A program made the translations under genes and the position numbers. Source: an uncultured Candidatus Saccharibacteria bacterium (lineage in GTDB: Bacteria > Patescibacteriota > Minisyncoccia > Phycocordibacterales > UBA9973). From it: DNA of 64,000 bases. Where the stretch lies: the NCBI GenBank assembly GCA_964432275.1, contig CAYSMH010000002.1, positions 9,418-73,417 on the forward strand. The letters are read 5' to 3'. The notes below the pieces were generated by a model. The model searched no databases. It saw nothing but the letters and a program-made list of their open reading frames with translations, and had not been told where the DNA came from. Shown here one piece after another: positions 47,884 to 57,741 of the stretch; position 1 is the first letter of the stretch; the number at the start of each line of letters is the position of its first letter.

Positions 47884-48933
47884 ATGCAAATCATATTGAT
47901 CATTATTGGTATCGCTATCGGAGGCCTCGTCGTATACCTCCTCACGCGCAAACCTGCGGCACCTGCTGCCGACACCACCGGTTTCTCGCTACTCATGCAA
48001 CAAGTCGCCGATCTCCAGAAGGTCGTTGATCACAAGCTCTCACAAAGTGAGCAGTCTATGCGCGAGAGTATGCGCGATCAAAGTACACAGAGCGCGCGTA
48101 TCATTTCTGATATCACGGAACGTCTGACACGACTCGATGAGGGCAACAAACAAGTACTCGGATTTGCCGAAGGACTCCAGCAACTCCAAGACATTTTGAA
48201 AAATCCGAAACAGCGCGGTGTACTCGGTGAGTACTATCTCGAGACATTGCTCAAGAACATCTTGCCGCCGTCTGGCTACATGATGCAGTACAGCTTCCCC
48301 GACGGCACAATCGTCGACGCAGCAGTGTTTGTTAAAGACAAAGTGATCCCTGTTGATTCCAAGTTCTCGCTCGAGAACTACAACCGCATGACCGAGGAAA
48401 AAGAACCTGCTCGCAAACGAGACCTCGCAAAAATATTTGAAAACGACCTCAAGAACCGCATCGCCGAGACATCCAAATACATTCAGCCCGAGAACAACAC
48501 CATGGACTTCGCATTTATGTTCATCCCGCACGAAGCGATCTACTACGATCTACTCGTCGGTACTGTCGGCGCAGGCGAAGAAGCCGAGAACCTCATCCAG
48601 CGTGCAGCATCCAAATACCGCGTGATCATTGTCTCCCCCACCTCGTTCCTTGCGTATCTCCAGACCGTCCTCCAGGGACTCAAGGCGCTCCAGATCGAAG
48701 AGAGCGCCAAAGAGATCCGCAAGCGAGTCGATGAGCTCGGTCGCCACTTGGCAAGCTATGAGGAGTACCACAACAAGCTCGGTACAACACTCAAGACAGT
48801 AGTAAACCACTACAACAGCGCTTCCAAAGAACTCAAAAAGGTGGACAAAGATGTCATGCGCATCGCCGGTACCGAAGCGGCACTGGAGCCATTGATCCTC
48901 GGAGAAAGTGAGATCGAGCGAACCATAGAATAA
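47884..48933 (+). CDS. rmuC: DNA recombination protein RmuC
   Basis: N-terminal TM, long coiled-coil, C-terminal RmuC nuclease-like core (KQRGVLGEYYLETLL..., VIPVDSKFSLENY, FMFIPHEAIY). Confidence 0.85.
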   Translation: MQIILIIIGIAIGGLVVYLLTRKPAAPAADTTGFSLLMQQVADLQKVVDHKLSQSEQSMRESMRDQSTQSARIISDITERLTRLDEGNKQVLGFAEGLQQLQDILKNPKQRGVLGEYYLETLLKNILPPSGYMMQYSFPDGTIVDAAVFVKDKVIPVDSKFSLENYNRMTEEKEPARKRDLAKIFENDLKNRIAETSKYIQPENNTMDFAFMFIPHEAIYYDLLVGTVGAGEEAENLIQRAASKYRVIIVSPTSFLAYLQTVLQGLKALQIEESAKEIRKRVDELGRHLASYEEYHNKLGTTLKTVVNHYNSASKELKKVDKDVMRIAGTEAALEPLILGESEIERTIE

Positions 48934-49040
48934 TAAAAAATAAAAGAGCTTTTGGAGTCGCGTAATTTTCTAGTGAAAATTCGCTGATACTCGGACCAGT
49001 CGTCCTGCGTAACACTCCAAAAGCTCTTTTATTTTTTATC
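48932..49040. repeat. ~110-nt inverted-repeat element between convergent genes (27-bp near-perfect arms, structured 55-nt core)
   Basis: Arms ataaaaaataaaagagcttttggagt / actccaaaagctcttttattttttat (17 bp perfect, 26-27 bp with flanks); core contains sub-hairpins gcgtaattttc/gaaaattcgc and ggac-cagtc-gtcc. Confidence 0.5.
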
Positions 49041-49804
49041 TATTTAGCGAACAATTCCGGATTGGCAATACCTTTAAATGCTGAGGTCGGCACGAGTATA
49101 CTCTGTGTACCTGCTGAGTACGGTGCAACCTGATATGCATCAAATATAAACGTTACGCCGTTGTCGATGATAACGAAGTTCTGGTAGTTGTCAGTGACCG
49201 GACGAGTACCTTCGGCGATCCACGATGCATCACTGATATTTTTCTTGACGAGTTCTCGTTCTACAAATGTCGCAATAGTCTCGAGCCCTTTGGCACCGTT
49301 GGTAAAGAGCTTCTCAAGTGTGATGACTTCCCCTTTTTCATTAAATGCGTACGTACGAGTCGCCTGCAGTCCGTGTGCACCACCAGTGTATGATGCAATC
49401 GTAAACACATAGGTGTTGGCTCGAGTCGCAATTGTTTCTTGATACGTAATATCGAGCGAAAGTACACCTCGTGAACTACTATCTATTGATGGATCCATGA
49501 CCCACGACGTATCCTCTATAAACTGAGCGATCTGGTCTTCTACAAACGCCTTCAAAATATCGCTTGTACGCGCATCACGTGTGACGGGATACTCCGCCGT
49601 TATTGCATAGTACTGGTTATCTTGACGAAGTATTTCTTTGCGTACTTGTAGTGACGGCCAGCTCGCAACCTGATCACTCGGTGATGGGACTGCAGCTGGA
49701 TCAGGGGTACGATGCTTGCCAACCATGACCAGCCACACGACAAGCCCTACGACAACAATCGTAATCAATATACTTATAACAGATGGTTTATGTGTAGTAT
49801 TCAT
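49040..49804 (-). CDS. DUF3298/DUF4163 (RsiV/PdaC-like) domain membrane-anchored protein
   Basis: N-terminal TM; SYTGGAHG motif characteristic of DUF3298. Confidence 0.65.
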   Translation of the reverse strand: MNTTHKPSVISILITIVVVGLVVWLVMVGKHRTPDPAAVPSPSDQVASWPSLQVRKEILRQDNQYYAITAEYPVTRDARTSDILKAFVEDQIAQFIEDTSWVMDPSIDSSSRGVLSLDITYQETIATRANTYVFTIASYTGGAHGLQATRTYAFNEKGEVITLEKLFTNGAKGLETIATFVERELVKKNISDASWIAEGTRPVTDNYQNFVIIDNGVTFIFDAYQVAPYSAGTQSILVPTSAFKGIANPELFAK

Positions 49805-49812
49805 ACAGATAT

Positions 49813-50283
49813 CTAGAGTGTGATTTGCACTTCAAGCGAGTCATCAAACTGTGGCTCACCGCTTGCGTTATTTTTTTTCAATATAAGAAAGCCGCGACGA
49901 TACGGTGTCTCAGATGGCAGCGTGTACTCGATACTCGCCGTAAACGGTACGTACTCAGTTGTCATCCACTCCCCTTGTGCAGTGGCATACCCTTCGGCAA
50001 TGATGAGTCCGTCCCAGTTGGTAAGGATAATAGGAAACGATCCCTCAAAGAACCAGTTACCTCGAGCCTTACCCTTGATCACCAACGGTGACGTTACAGT
50101 TGCTTGTGGACGTGGAGTCTCGAGAATGATCAGGTCACCCTTTTGTGCAGGCGGAGCCTCAGGAGCGAGTGTCGGCTGTGGCAGAGGTTGTATTACCACC
50201 GGTGCACTTGCATCACGCAACAGTGCCCAAAATACTGCTGCAAACCCTATAATCAGTACTAGTACTAGATATCGTTTTTTCAT
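49813..50283 (-). CDS. Gmad2 immunoglobulin-like domain secreted protein
   Basis: Signal peptide; GKARGNWFFEGSFPIILTNWDGLIIAEGYATAQGEWMTTEYVPF matches the Gmad2 pattern. Confidence 0.6.
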   Translation of the reverse strand: MKKRYLVLVLIIGFAAVFWALLRDASAPVVIQPLPQPTLAPEAPPAQKGDLIILETPRPQATVTSPLVIKGKARGNWFFEGSFPIILTNWDGLIIAEGYATAQGEWMTTEYVPFTASIEYTLPSETPYRRGFLILKKNNASGEPQFDDSLEVQITL

Positions 50284-50347
50284 ACCCTTGAATTATACAC
50301 CTCTGTCGGATATAGTATGCAAGCACTTATATATGTCGCCACACACT

Positions 50348-50422
50348 GGCCCTATCGTCTATCGGTTAGGACGGAAGCTTCTCAAGCTTCAAAGCGGGGT
50401 TCGATTCCCCGTAGGGTCACCA
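50348..50422 (+). tRNA. tRNA-Glu (anticodon CUC) with encoded CCA
   Basis: Hand-folded: acceptor ggcccta/tagggtc (one G-U), D stem gtct/ggac, anticodon stem gaagc/gcttc with loop ttCTCaa, T arm cgggg-ttcgatt-ccccg, discriminator A then CCA. Confidence 0.8.
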
Positions 50423-50433
50423 TTTAGAGCTAG

Positions 50434-50447
50434 CCCGAGAAGGCTCA
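50434..50447 (+). repeat. att-like repeat copy 0 (cccgagaaggctca) 11 nt after tRNA-Glu
   Basis: Degenerate copy of the tRNA 3-prime end ccccgtagggtcacca. Confidence 0.45.
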
Positions 50448-50494
50448 TTAAGAGGTATTCTTGATTTAATTAAAATGCTAGGATTCCATTTGTA

Positions 50495-52885
50495 ATGAAA
50501 TTCCTAATTAACGAAATTAAAGAATGGAAGCATGGTTGGCTTCAATACCTCAAATACAGCTGGAAACTCACTGTATGGCTCTATATAAGCAGGTGGCGAC
50601 GACTTACCACTTTTCTCAATAAGCACTCTGGTCTAATACGGCGTAGCTTGTTTTTAGTAGTTGGTCTAATTGTGGCACTAGTTGTAAATCGTTTCAGTGG
50701 CATAAACTTCACACAAGACATATTGAGTAATTACCTGATTGCTCTTGGTGCAATGATTGGTGGCACAATTGCGATTGTATTCACGATTTCCATCTTTCTC
50801 ATTCAGAGCGCCGCGGAACTTTACTCATCGCAGTACTTTGAAGTATTTATACACGATTGGAGAGAAAAGTTTGTGTATTTTGTTGTAATAATAATCACAC
50901 TCGCTTTCTTTGGAGGCGGTCTATACATTGGAAGCCTGGTGGCCATTTCACTACTGGTTAGCTCTATTACTGTAATTGGATCCCTTATCCTGACAGGTGC
51001 AGTGTTTGCCTTGATAGACTGGCAATATAAAAATGTTCGTCAAAAACTGAACCCTTCCGAAGCAATAGCTTTCTTGGAAAAAGAAGGTGTGCGCTTCTTA
51101 AATAAATTACAATCTGATGCAGAAAAATTGGCTGATATCTTGCGCGCGAGGAATAGCGAGATAACTAAAGATATGGCACTCGCACAAGCATATAATCAGT
51201 TCTTACAGTCATTCATAACCAATCTCGATAGACAGCTTGAAAACCTCGTAGAAATATCTATGAAGCTTGCCGATAAACAGGAAGTTGCTACAACGAAGAG
51301 AGGTTTTACCGCAATTTACAATATCCTCGCGCGTTTCTTCGAGGCTAGAAAAACATCATCCTTAATTATTCCTTCGGGTATCGCATTTTTGGCTGTAGCA
51401 AGCGACAGTCAAACATTCTTGAATAAGAATTTTGAAAGACTAAACAAGGCTGGCGAAAAGTTTATAAAAGAAGGTAAGGATGAAGTAGCAACCTATATAA
51501 TCGACGTATACAAAGCTCTAGCCTTGAAAGCAAAGGATATTAACTTTGTCAGTGGCAGAAATGAGAACCCTGTACTCGAACAATTGGTCGGCAATCTCGA
51601 TTTCTTTATTCAAAACGGCGAAAGAGCAAAAAATGTGGAAGTTGTATTTCAAGGCGCACGTGTTCTTACCGATATCGCTGTAATTGCTGCTGACAAAGGA
51701 CTTGATGCAATGCTGCGAGGTATTCAACAGAAGTTATTGCGAATAGCTATCTTTGCAATTACAGAAAAGCAAGGTGTCATTATAGATAGATGTAATACCT
51801 CATTCCAAACAATAATCGGCGCAGTTTTTGGAAGCTCTCGAATTGCTCGTAGATTTCATTTTGATGACAGCTTGAAGAATATCGCTACCATAGCAACATA
51901 TCTTTCTAATTTTATAAAAAGCGGGCTGTACCCAAATGATATAGGTTCAAAGTTTACATTAAGTAAGGCATACGATGAGTTGTACGTCCTTATTGTGAAT
52001 ATATACAATCACTACCCCGAGATTACAGGAGTCAGAGAAAAAGACAGATACCGAGGTGACTTTGTGGAATTTCTTGAAGAACTATACTCAAGCTTGAGAA
52101 ACCTATCAGAGAAAATAAAAACTGCCGACAATACGCTCACAGACAGTATTGGACGACTACTTTTCAATATAAATAATCTTATTGCTGTCGCCATTGAAAA
52201 CCCAGAATATGCATCAAATAAAGTCGAGCTATTAAGACGATTAAGCTGGAATATCTATCTTCCAACTTGGTTCGCGAGTCACAGCGATAAATTCGATGCT
52301 GGTTCAAACGCATTTAATACGTTTGTGGATGGTATAGCAAAAATAGGTATTATAGCTGCACAAAATCTTGGCGACAAAAAAGTAGTAAGCGCTTGTGTCG
52401 AAAGTATTTTTTCACTTACAAAAACAAGCCTAGAGAAAAATACCGACAGTCACGGCTACGATGAGCCTCGTATTCTGGAAAAAGCGTGCTATCTAGGGAT
52501 TCTAGCTCTTAAAAAAGATTGGGATGATATTTTTGTTGATGTTGCAATGAAGATATATGAATTTGAGCCGCTCTACGCAGCAAAGTACTTCTCAAACATT
52601 CCTGCTGGTATCGATCCAGAAAGACTTTCCCCGAAAAAGAAGCAGTTGACTATCGAGCTTTGGAAGTGGCGACACGATTTCGATAGAGAGCTTATGAACG
52701 GTATGTTGCGGATAAGAGACGATGCCGAAGCAATGATGTATGAAGTAATTGATACTTACGACATAGATAAATTTATTTTTAAGGTTTGGCAAACTTATGA
52801 TGTAAATACGAAATTTGGACAAGAAATGGAGTTAAAATTAGCAAGAGAAGCACTTATCAAGGTTCTGAAAAAACTTAAGAAGTAG
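50495..52885 (+). CDS. hypothetical large membrane protein (796 aa): N-terminal 4-5 TM helices plus ~600-aa helical cytoplasmic domain
   Basis: ATG ORF, AT-rich; first gene of island; no recognised catalytic motifs. Confidence 0.55.
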   Translation: MKFLINEIKEWKHGWLQYLKYSWKLTVWLYISRWRRLTTFLNKHSGLIRRSLFLVVGLIVALVVNRFSGINFTQDILSNYLIALGAMIGGTIAIVFTISIFLIQSAAELYSSQYFEVFIHDWREKFVYFVVIIITLAFFGGGLYIGSLVAISLLVSSITVIGSLILTGAVFALIDWQYKNVRQKLNPSEAIAFLEKEGVRFLNKLQSDAEKLADILRARNSEITKDMALAQAYNQFLQSFITNLDRQLENLVEISMKLADKQEVATTKRGFTAIYNILARFFEARKTSSLIIPSGIAFLAVASDSQTFLNKNFERLNKAGEKFIKEGKDEVATYIIDVYKALALKAKDINFVSGRNENPVLEQLVGNLDFFIQNGERAKNVEVVFQGARVLTDIAVIAADKGLDAMLRGIQQKLLRIAIFAITEKQGVIIDRCNTSFQTIIGAVFGSSRIARRFHFDDSLKNIATIATYLSNFIKSGLYPNDIGSKFTLSKAYDELYVLIVNIYNHYPEITGVREKDRYRGDFVEFLEELYSSLRNLSEKIKTADNTLTDSIGRLLFNINNLIAVAIENPEYASNKVELLRRLSWNIYLPTWFASHSDKFDAGSNAFNTFVDGIAKIGIIAAQNLGDKKVVSACVESIFSLTKTSLEKNTDSHGYDEPRILEKACYLGILALKKDWDDIFVDVAMKIYEFEPLYAAKYFSNIPAGIDPERLSPKKKQLTIELWKWRHDFDRELMNGMLRIRDDAEAMMYEVIDTYDIDKFIFKVWQTYDVNTKFGQEMELKLAREALIKVLKKLKK

Positions 52886-52899
52886 AAAGCTTCAACTTC

Positions 52900-53349
52900 T
52901 TATTCCTCAACCCCACCATCTGAGGAGTAAATCTTCTCGTATAGAATTGTGAGAAAGCGTTTGGTGTGTTCAGGTATAGAAATAGATTGAAGTGTCTCCT
53001 TGAATACCTCTGGAAGCATTGTCATACCTAGCAAATCCATTTTCGCATTTGTACTATCAGGACCATTCTGATTTGCAGTCAAGAAGTGGTTAATTGCGAT
53101 TAAAAATTCATGAGAAGTAATGATGTCTTTGGAACGATACTGATCAAGCACGGCGGCAAGTTCACTCTCCATGTCTTGAGTTGTTTGATACACCATCTCA
53201 AGGTCATTAATTTCTTTGGTATCGAGCTGCCCCTGTTCAAGTAGCTTTTTAGCGCAGTCATTTAGCACAAAGCGAAATTCAGCCTTGATGCTTGGAATAA
53301 CCTCTATCTTTGCTTGATCTATCTGATATTGTTCAAATTTTGGATTCAT
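52900..53349 (-). CDS. hypothetical protein (149 aa), downstream partner of the 1008-aa ORFan
   Basis: ATG ORF 5 nt downstream of the large gene on the same strand, implying an operon. Confidence 0.4.
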   Translation of the reverse strand: MNPKFEQYQIDQAKIEVIPSIKAEFRFVLNDCAKKLLEQGQLDTKEINDLEMVYQTTQDMESELAAVLDQYRSKDIITSHEFLIAINHFLTANQNGPDSTNAKMDLLGMTMLPEVFKETLQSISIPEHTKRFLTILYEKIYSSDGGVEE

Positions 53350-53354
53350 AGGAT

Positions 53355-56327
53355 TTATGCAGCTATTGATTCAACTTCTCTAGTAACTCGTTGCACTCCT
53401 TTATGCTGAAGCAATTTGTCCATATGATGATTGAAGCGATTGAGCAATATCTGCGATTTATGAATAATCATTTCTTCTGACGCTCCTTGCGTATAGTAAT
53501 ACCCCTCTCGCAAGGCACCTGTATCAAAGATTGATTGCTGTGGACTGCCGTCCATAATATCTCCATAATTTTCTTGCTTCATAGTATCGAGGACAGCTTT
53601 TGCATTAACGGGACTATTACTATCTTCCTGTGGCGGCTTCAAGAAGAAGTTATTGATATGAGTGAGCGCGTTCACAAAAGACTCGGTCTGTCTTCCGAAC
53701 ATATCACCACCGACTATCTGTATAGTAGCTGTAATATCCTTAACTTCTTTTCCTTCGGTGAGCTTTCTATTGCGTACAATATCAATATGCTCAGCTGTAT
53801 CAATATAGGAACCGTCCTTGGTAAGAACGTATCCATTGAGTTCGCTATCCACAAAAGAGGTGTTGTGCTGTTTAATAGCCTCCACAGTATCTGTCACTAA
53901 AGAAACCCATTCATAGAGAATGTCTCGCTCCTGGTCACTTTCAAATGGCTGTTGCAGCCAGCCATTATCAACCAGCATTTTCTCAAATTGGTCTGCAGTA
54001 GTAGGTATAGTGCCAAGGTCTGCAGTTTCTGATATGTATTTGTTGGCAATCTGCATGGCAATACCCGCATGATGTGACGTGAGAATTGCCTTTTCAAACT
54101 GCTCTACACTATCGGTTGCCATACCCTTGATTTCACAGCGACGACCTTTTTGTTCGCTATCCTCAAAATGATCAAAGTTCTTACTATGGATATCTTTTGT
54201 GTTGTTCACATCCTTACCAGCAGTTATTCCTGTAAGCTGTGCCATAGTCATAACGTTGTTCAAGAAATACATTTGACCATCTACTTCTAGCCCTCCATCC
54301 CCAACGAGTGATAGGTGGTACCCTCGAGCAGCCTTATCATACCGATCAAAATTAAAATCAAGGAAACCTGCATCTTGTAAAAGCTTAACCTCCGCCATGA
54401 GCATGTAGGGATTATAGTTAGGTCGTAGAGCAATTTCGTGAATACCATCATTACCTCTTCCAATATTTGCGCTCTTGCTCACTAGTTGGATATCTTTTTT
54501 GTATCCCAACATGCTCGTATTGCCATATTCCTCGCCAACAGACCCTGTGACTTCATATTCTATACCCATCGAAACTCTGGCATCTTTCGGGATTGCGTCG
54601 TGGTTATATTTGTTGAGCACGGTTTCTATTGATTCCATTTTCCCGACGAATTGATCAGGATTCTCTGTGCCGTACGCAGACAGTGCAATAGCGATCAGGT
54701 TCTGCCCCTTTTTGCCGTGTTGACTCTCAAACCGCTCCAAGATTTCCAAAATGCTTTTTGGCAGTCGCTCTCTATTTTCAGACGCCCAAAAAGATTCTTG
54801 AATGTGTTTATTGTTTAGTATCTTTTCCTCATTATTAATTCCGTTTTTTTCTTTATCCTGTATCTTTTCAAAGGCAATGTCATATACGGTAGACTGCTCT
54901 GAATAGCCATCTCTAAGGAATGGGAAGTTCTCGATAGTTCGTGCAGCTTCCTCAAAGTTTAACTCTTGCGCACGTATGTCTAATACATTCTTTATTTTCT
55001 CTTTGACTTCTTCAGACTCAAGAATCTCCTGCGGGATGCCATAGTGATCAATAAAATCAACTAATGTTTCTGGTCGTATAGATGCAATGCTTGGCAGAGA
55101 ATTGTATATGGTTTTTGTTATAACTTCTTTTTGTAAATCGAATTTCCTAATGATGTCATCAATGTCGCTACGGACAGAACTATCAGACCCATATTGTGTG
55201 ATTCTTGCCTCTATACATTTCAAGGCAGATCCCTGCATCTCCGGAGATGCAAGTGCTTCTCGAGAAAAATCAAAATATTCCAAAATCCTCTTTGTTTGGA
55301 AATAATGCTCTCCTCTTGGTAGAAATTTTAGCAACCCTTCCAATACTTTACTCTTGGTCTCTTCTGAGTTTTTCTCTTTTTCAAGGTTCTCAAATTTTGT
55401 AGCGATATTGAAGAAATCATAAAATCTACCTGTTGTTAGATAATCATTCAGAACATGCTTCAAAATTTCAGTTTTTACTTCACTGCTGAGATTCTTTGAT
55501 TTTTTTACGTATTCTATGGTTGCTTCAACTCGGCCATCTTGTATATCATTCTTGAGTACAGTAAAATCTTCTGCATCGATGCCTTGGAACTTATCCACAA
55601 ATTCCATTACATACCTTCCATATCCGAGCGCAGCAAGTTGATGAAATGCATCTTTGCTGTATTTGCCATCTGGCGCATTTTCAAGCGCACCATCAACTTG
55701 ATAGGTGTTTCTTTCTTTTGATTCCGCAAGTGCAATAAGAAATGACTCCGGTGCTGTGGTACAGGTACCATAACTTCCGAAGTAATTACCATGATCGGAA
55801 TCAGTGAGATTATTTTTGAATTTCGTCTTCAGCAGCGCCTCAATGTCTGATTCTGAGAATCTGTGTTTCTCCCCGTATCCCACTACATAGTCCCGAATAT
55901 CGCGTATGTTCCAGTTCTCATTTTCATAACTTTTGCTATATTTTTTTACATCGGAATAGTCCTCCTCATAGAGTAGCGCAATTTTTGCTTTCTTTACTAG
56001 CTCAGGATCAACTGGGATCTTTCTCGTGTAGTCACGACTATCTTCCAGTACTTTTCTAATTCTAAAATTCAACAAGTCTTTTGCCGCTACAATAGTTTCT
56101 TCCGGACCTTCGGTAAGTTGGTTATCTGCGGTCTGGATCGTCTTTACGTCCTCATACAAGCGATCCATAGTCTCCTGCTCATACTGCTCGAGCGATACTC
56201 CATCTGGTTTCATAATCTCCAAAAGTGGAACTATTTCTTTGTGATATATGGCTTCCGCCCTATCTGCAGCCGTTTCTTGGCTTTCCAGAGGGGTAATTTC
56301 TTCGAGCTGAGGGAGTGATTCTTTCAT
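53355..56327 (-). CDS. hypothetical very large soluble protein (~990-1008 aa); weak, unverified resemblance to GS-like amidoligase strands in one segment
   Basis: Continuous ORF to 56381 (alternative ATG; the first 18 codons look non-native, so MKESLPQ at 56327 is preferred); no Walker, HExxH or GxSxG motifs; segment RVSMGIEYEVTGS...NDGIHEIALRP...GYHLSLVGDGG has a GxExE-like pattern. Confidence 0.55.
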   Translation of the reverse strand: MKESLPQLEEITPLESQETAADRAEAIYHKEIVPLLEIMKPDGVSLEQYEQETMDRLYEDVKTIQTADNQLTEGPEETIVAAKDLLNFRIRKVLEDSRDYTRKIPVDPELVKKAKIALLYEEDYSDVKKYSKSYENENWNIRDIRDYVVGYGEKHRFSESDIEALLKTKFKNNLTDSDHGNYFGSYGTCTTAPESFLIALAESKERNTYQVDGALENAPDGKYSKDAFHQLAALGYGRYVMEFVDKFQGIDAEDFTVLKNDIQDGRVEATIEYVKKSKNLSSEVKTEILKHVLNDYLTTGRFYDFFNIATKFENLEKEKNSEETKSKVLEGLLKFLPRGEHYFQTKRILEYFDFSREALASPEMQGSALKCIEARITQYGSDSSVRSDIDDIIRKFDLQKEVITKTIYNSLPSIASIRPETLVDFIDHYGIPQEILESEEVKEKIKNVLDIRAQELNFEEAARTIENFPFLRDGYSEQSTVYDIAFEKIQDKEKNGINNEEKILNNKHIQESFWASENRERLPKSILEILERFESQHGKKGQNLIAIALSAYGTENPDQFVGKMESIETVLNKYNHDAIPKDARVSMGIEYEVTGSVGEEYGNTSMLGYKKDIQLVSKSANIGRGNDGIHEIALRPNYNPYMLMAEVKLLQDAGFLDFNFDRYDKAARGYHLSLVGDGGLEVDGQMYFLNNVMTMAQLTGITAGKDVNNTKDIHSKNFDHFEDSEQKGRRCEIKGMATDSVEQFEKAILTSHHAGIAMQIANKYISETADLGTIPTTADQFEKMLVDNGWLQQPFESDQERDILYEWVSLVTDTVEAIKQHNTSFVDSELNGYVLTKDGSYIDTAEHIDIVRNRKLTEGKEVKDITATIQIVGGDMFGRQTESFVNALTHINNFFLKPPQEDSNSPVNAKAVLDTMKQENYGDIMDGSPQQSIFDTGALREGYYYTQGASEEMIIHKSQILLNRFNHHMDKLLQHKGVQRVTREVESIAA

Positions 56328-56469
56328 ATTTTCTCTGGTGACCTCAGTATAACAACAGAGTATAAAAACACCATAAGGCATTAAAAGTCTCTATCTGTTA
56401 TAGGCTCACCTTTTAGAGAGCGCTCGAGTAGTGTCAAAGTTCTCTTATTTTATCTGTCTAAGATATAAT

Positions 56470-56904
56470 ATGTTTATGGAAATAATTGAAATGACATCAG
56501 AGCAAGAATCTGAATTAAAGATTTTCAAAGGACTTGTATGGCCTGAAGCCGACAAGGACCATTATGGCGAAAATCAACCAAATTTTTCTCGAGATGAATT
56601 TACATTGATTGCAAAAGAAGACAGTGAAATTGTCGGATACATCTCAGTTGTTATTGACACTGGTGTTGCACAAATTGAACCACTTATGGTTAAAACTGAT
56701 TTGAAAGGAAAAGGGATAGGAACAAAACTACTTCAAAGTGCTGAAGAAAAAGCAAAGGAGTTGGGGGTTCATAAGGTGTGGCTTGAAACCGGTTCTGACT
56801 GGCAAGCGAAAGGCTTTTATGAAAAACATGGCTATCAAGTTCGTAGTGTACTACCAAACCATTCAGGAGGAAAAGAATTTGTGTTAATGGATAAAATGAT
56901 CTAA
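56470..56904 (+). CDS. GNAT-family N-acetyltransferase
   Basis: IVGYISVVIDTGVAQIEPLMVKTDLKGKGIGTKLLQSAEEKAKELGVHKVWLET (acetyl-CoA-binding motif A); tataat immediately upstream; ORF-track GTG extension to 56431 rejected. Confidence 0.7.
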   Translation: MFMEIIEMTSEQESELKIFKGLVWPEADKDHYGENQPNFSRDEFTLIAKEDSEIVGYISVVIDTGVAQIEPLMVKTDLKGKGIGTKLLQSAEEKAKELGVHKVWLETGSDWQAKGFYEKHGYQVRSVLPNHSGGKEFVLMDKMI

Positions 56905-56907
56905 CAC

Positions 56908-56921
56908 CCGAGAAGGGTCAA
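56908..56921 (+). repeat. att-like repeat copy A (cccgagaagggtca)
   Basis: Identical to copy 0 except one base; lies right after the GNAT stop codon. Confidence 0.45.
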
Positions 56922-57056
56922 TTTAAAATCCAAGATAATAGTGAAATAACCTTACAGGGTAATGGATCAAAAGGTTCTATCTCGAAAAGGTTCACAGAAT
57001 CTGAGAAAGAAAAAAGCCGAACGGTTAGGTTCGACAAAAAATAATTAATTCCATAT

Positions 57057-57638
57057 CTACTCTGGTGAAAGCTGCAATCCTGCCTCTACTAACGCTTGGC
57101 TTATCTCGCTTGCAAACCGTTGCGCAAAGTTTCTGAATTTTATCAGGTCACTTTCTTTGTACTGAACTAAATCTCTCAGTTGAAATATTTTTGCCGAATT
57201 TAAGCAATTCTTTGCACGTACTGATATATTCAGATCATCGATCGTTAGCTTAGCAAGGATGTCTTCCTGTTCCTGAGTAAATCCATCTTCTGATAGTACC
57301 GAAGTCCAGAAACCACTTGGACGATTAAATGAGTACACAAAGCAACTTACCCTTTCAGCTGTAGGAATTTTGTGTTGAATAACAGTACCCAGAGCTTTGG
57401 CAAGCTTTTGTTTGACTGTAGAAGTACACATCGGTTTTTCGAACACCGTCGCTTCAACGACAATATCTGTTCCGAGACCGTATTGCATCAAATCAGATGG
57501 GTACAAGAGCGTCATATCTTTTTCGCTTTTGTAACCGAGTTCTTCAATACTGACAACTGCCGCAACAAGTGCGTTATGGAGGTCGTGCAGTTCCTTTTCT
57601 TCCATTTTCGGAAGACACCATGTTTTGATTACAGGCAT
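57057..57638 (-). CDS. fusion protein: tautomerase-superfamily-like N-terminal region (Pro-1) plus RNA polymerase alpha-CTD-like HhH domain
   Basis: Starts MPVIKTW...KELHDLHNALVAAVVSIEELGYKSEKDMTLLYPSDL (4-OT-like beta-alpha-beta with a Pro after Met); C-terminal LNISVRAKNCLNSAKIFQLRDLVQYKESDLIKFRNFAQRFASEISQALVEAGLQL matches the alpha-CTD pattern. Confidence 0.45.
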   Translation of the reverse strand: MPVIKTWCLPKMEEKELHDLHNALVAAVVSIEELGYKSEKDMTLLYPSDLMQYGLGTDIVVEATVFEKPMCTSTVKQKLAKALGTVIQHKIPTAERVSCFVYSFNRPSGFWTSVLSEDGFTQEQEDILAKLTIDDLNISVRAKNCLNSAKIFQLRDLVQYKESDLIKFRNFAQRFASEISQALVEAGLQLSPE

Positions 57639-57741
57639 ATAGAATAGTTTTGAGTTTAAAATGAATTTGCTCCCACTCTACCGTATTTATTGACAAAGTC
57701 AAGGTTGGGTTGTAATGTAATAAAAACTAAAACTTTTACAT

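Noticed and set aside
56328-56381. First 18 codons of the 1008-aa ORF (MPYGVFILCCYTEVTREN)
   Set aside because: The composition looks non-native and there is no SD-like tract. ATG 56327 (MKESLPQ) is preferred as the start but is uncertain.
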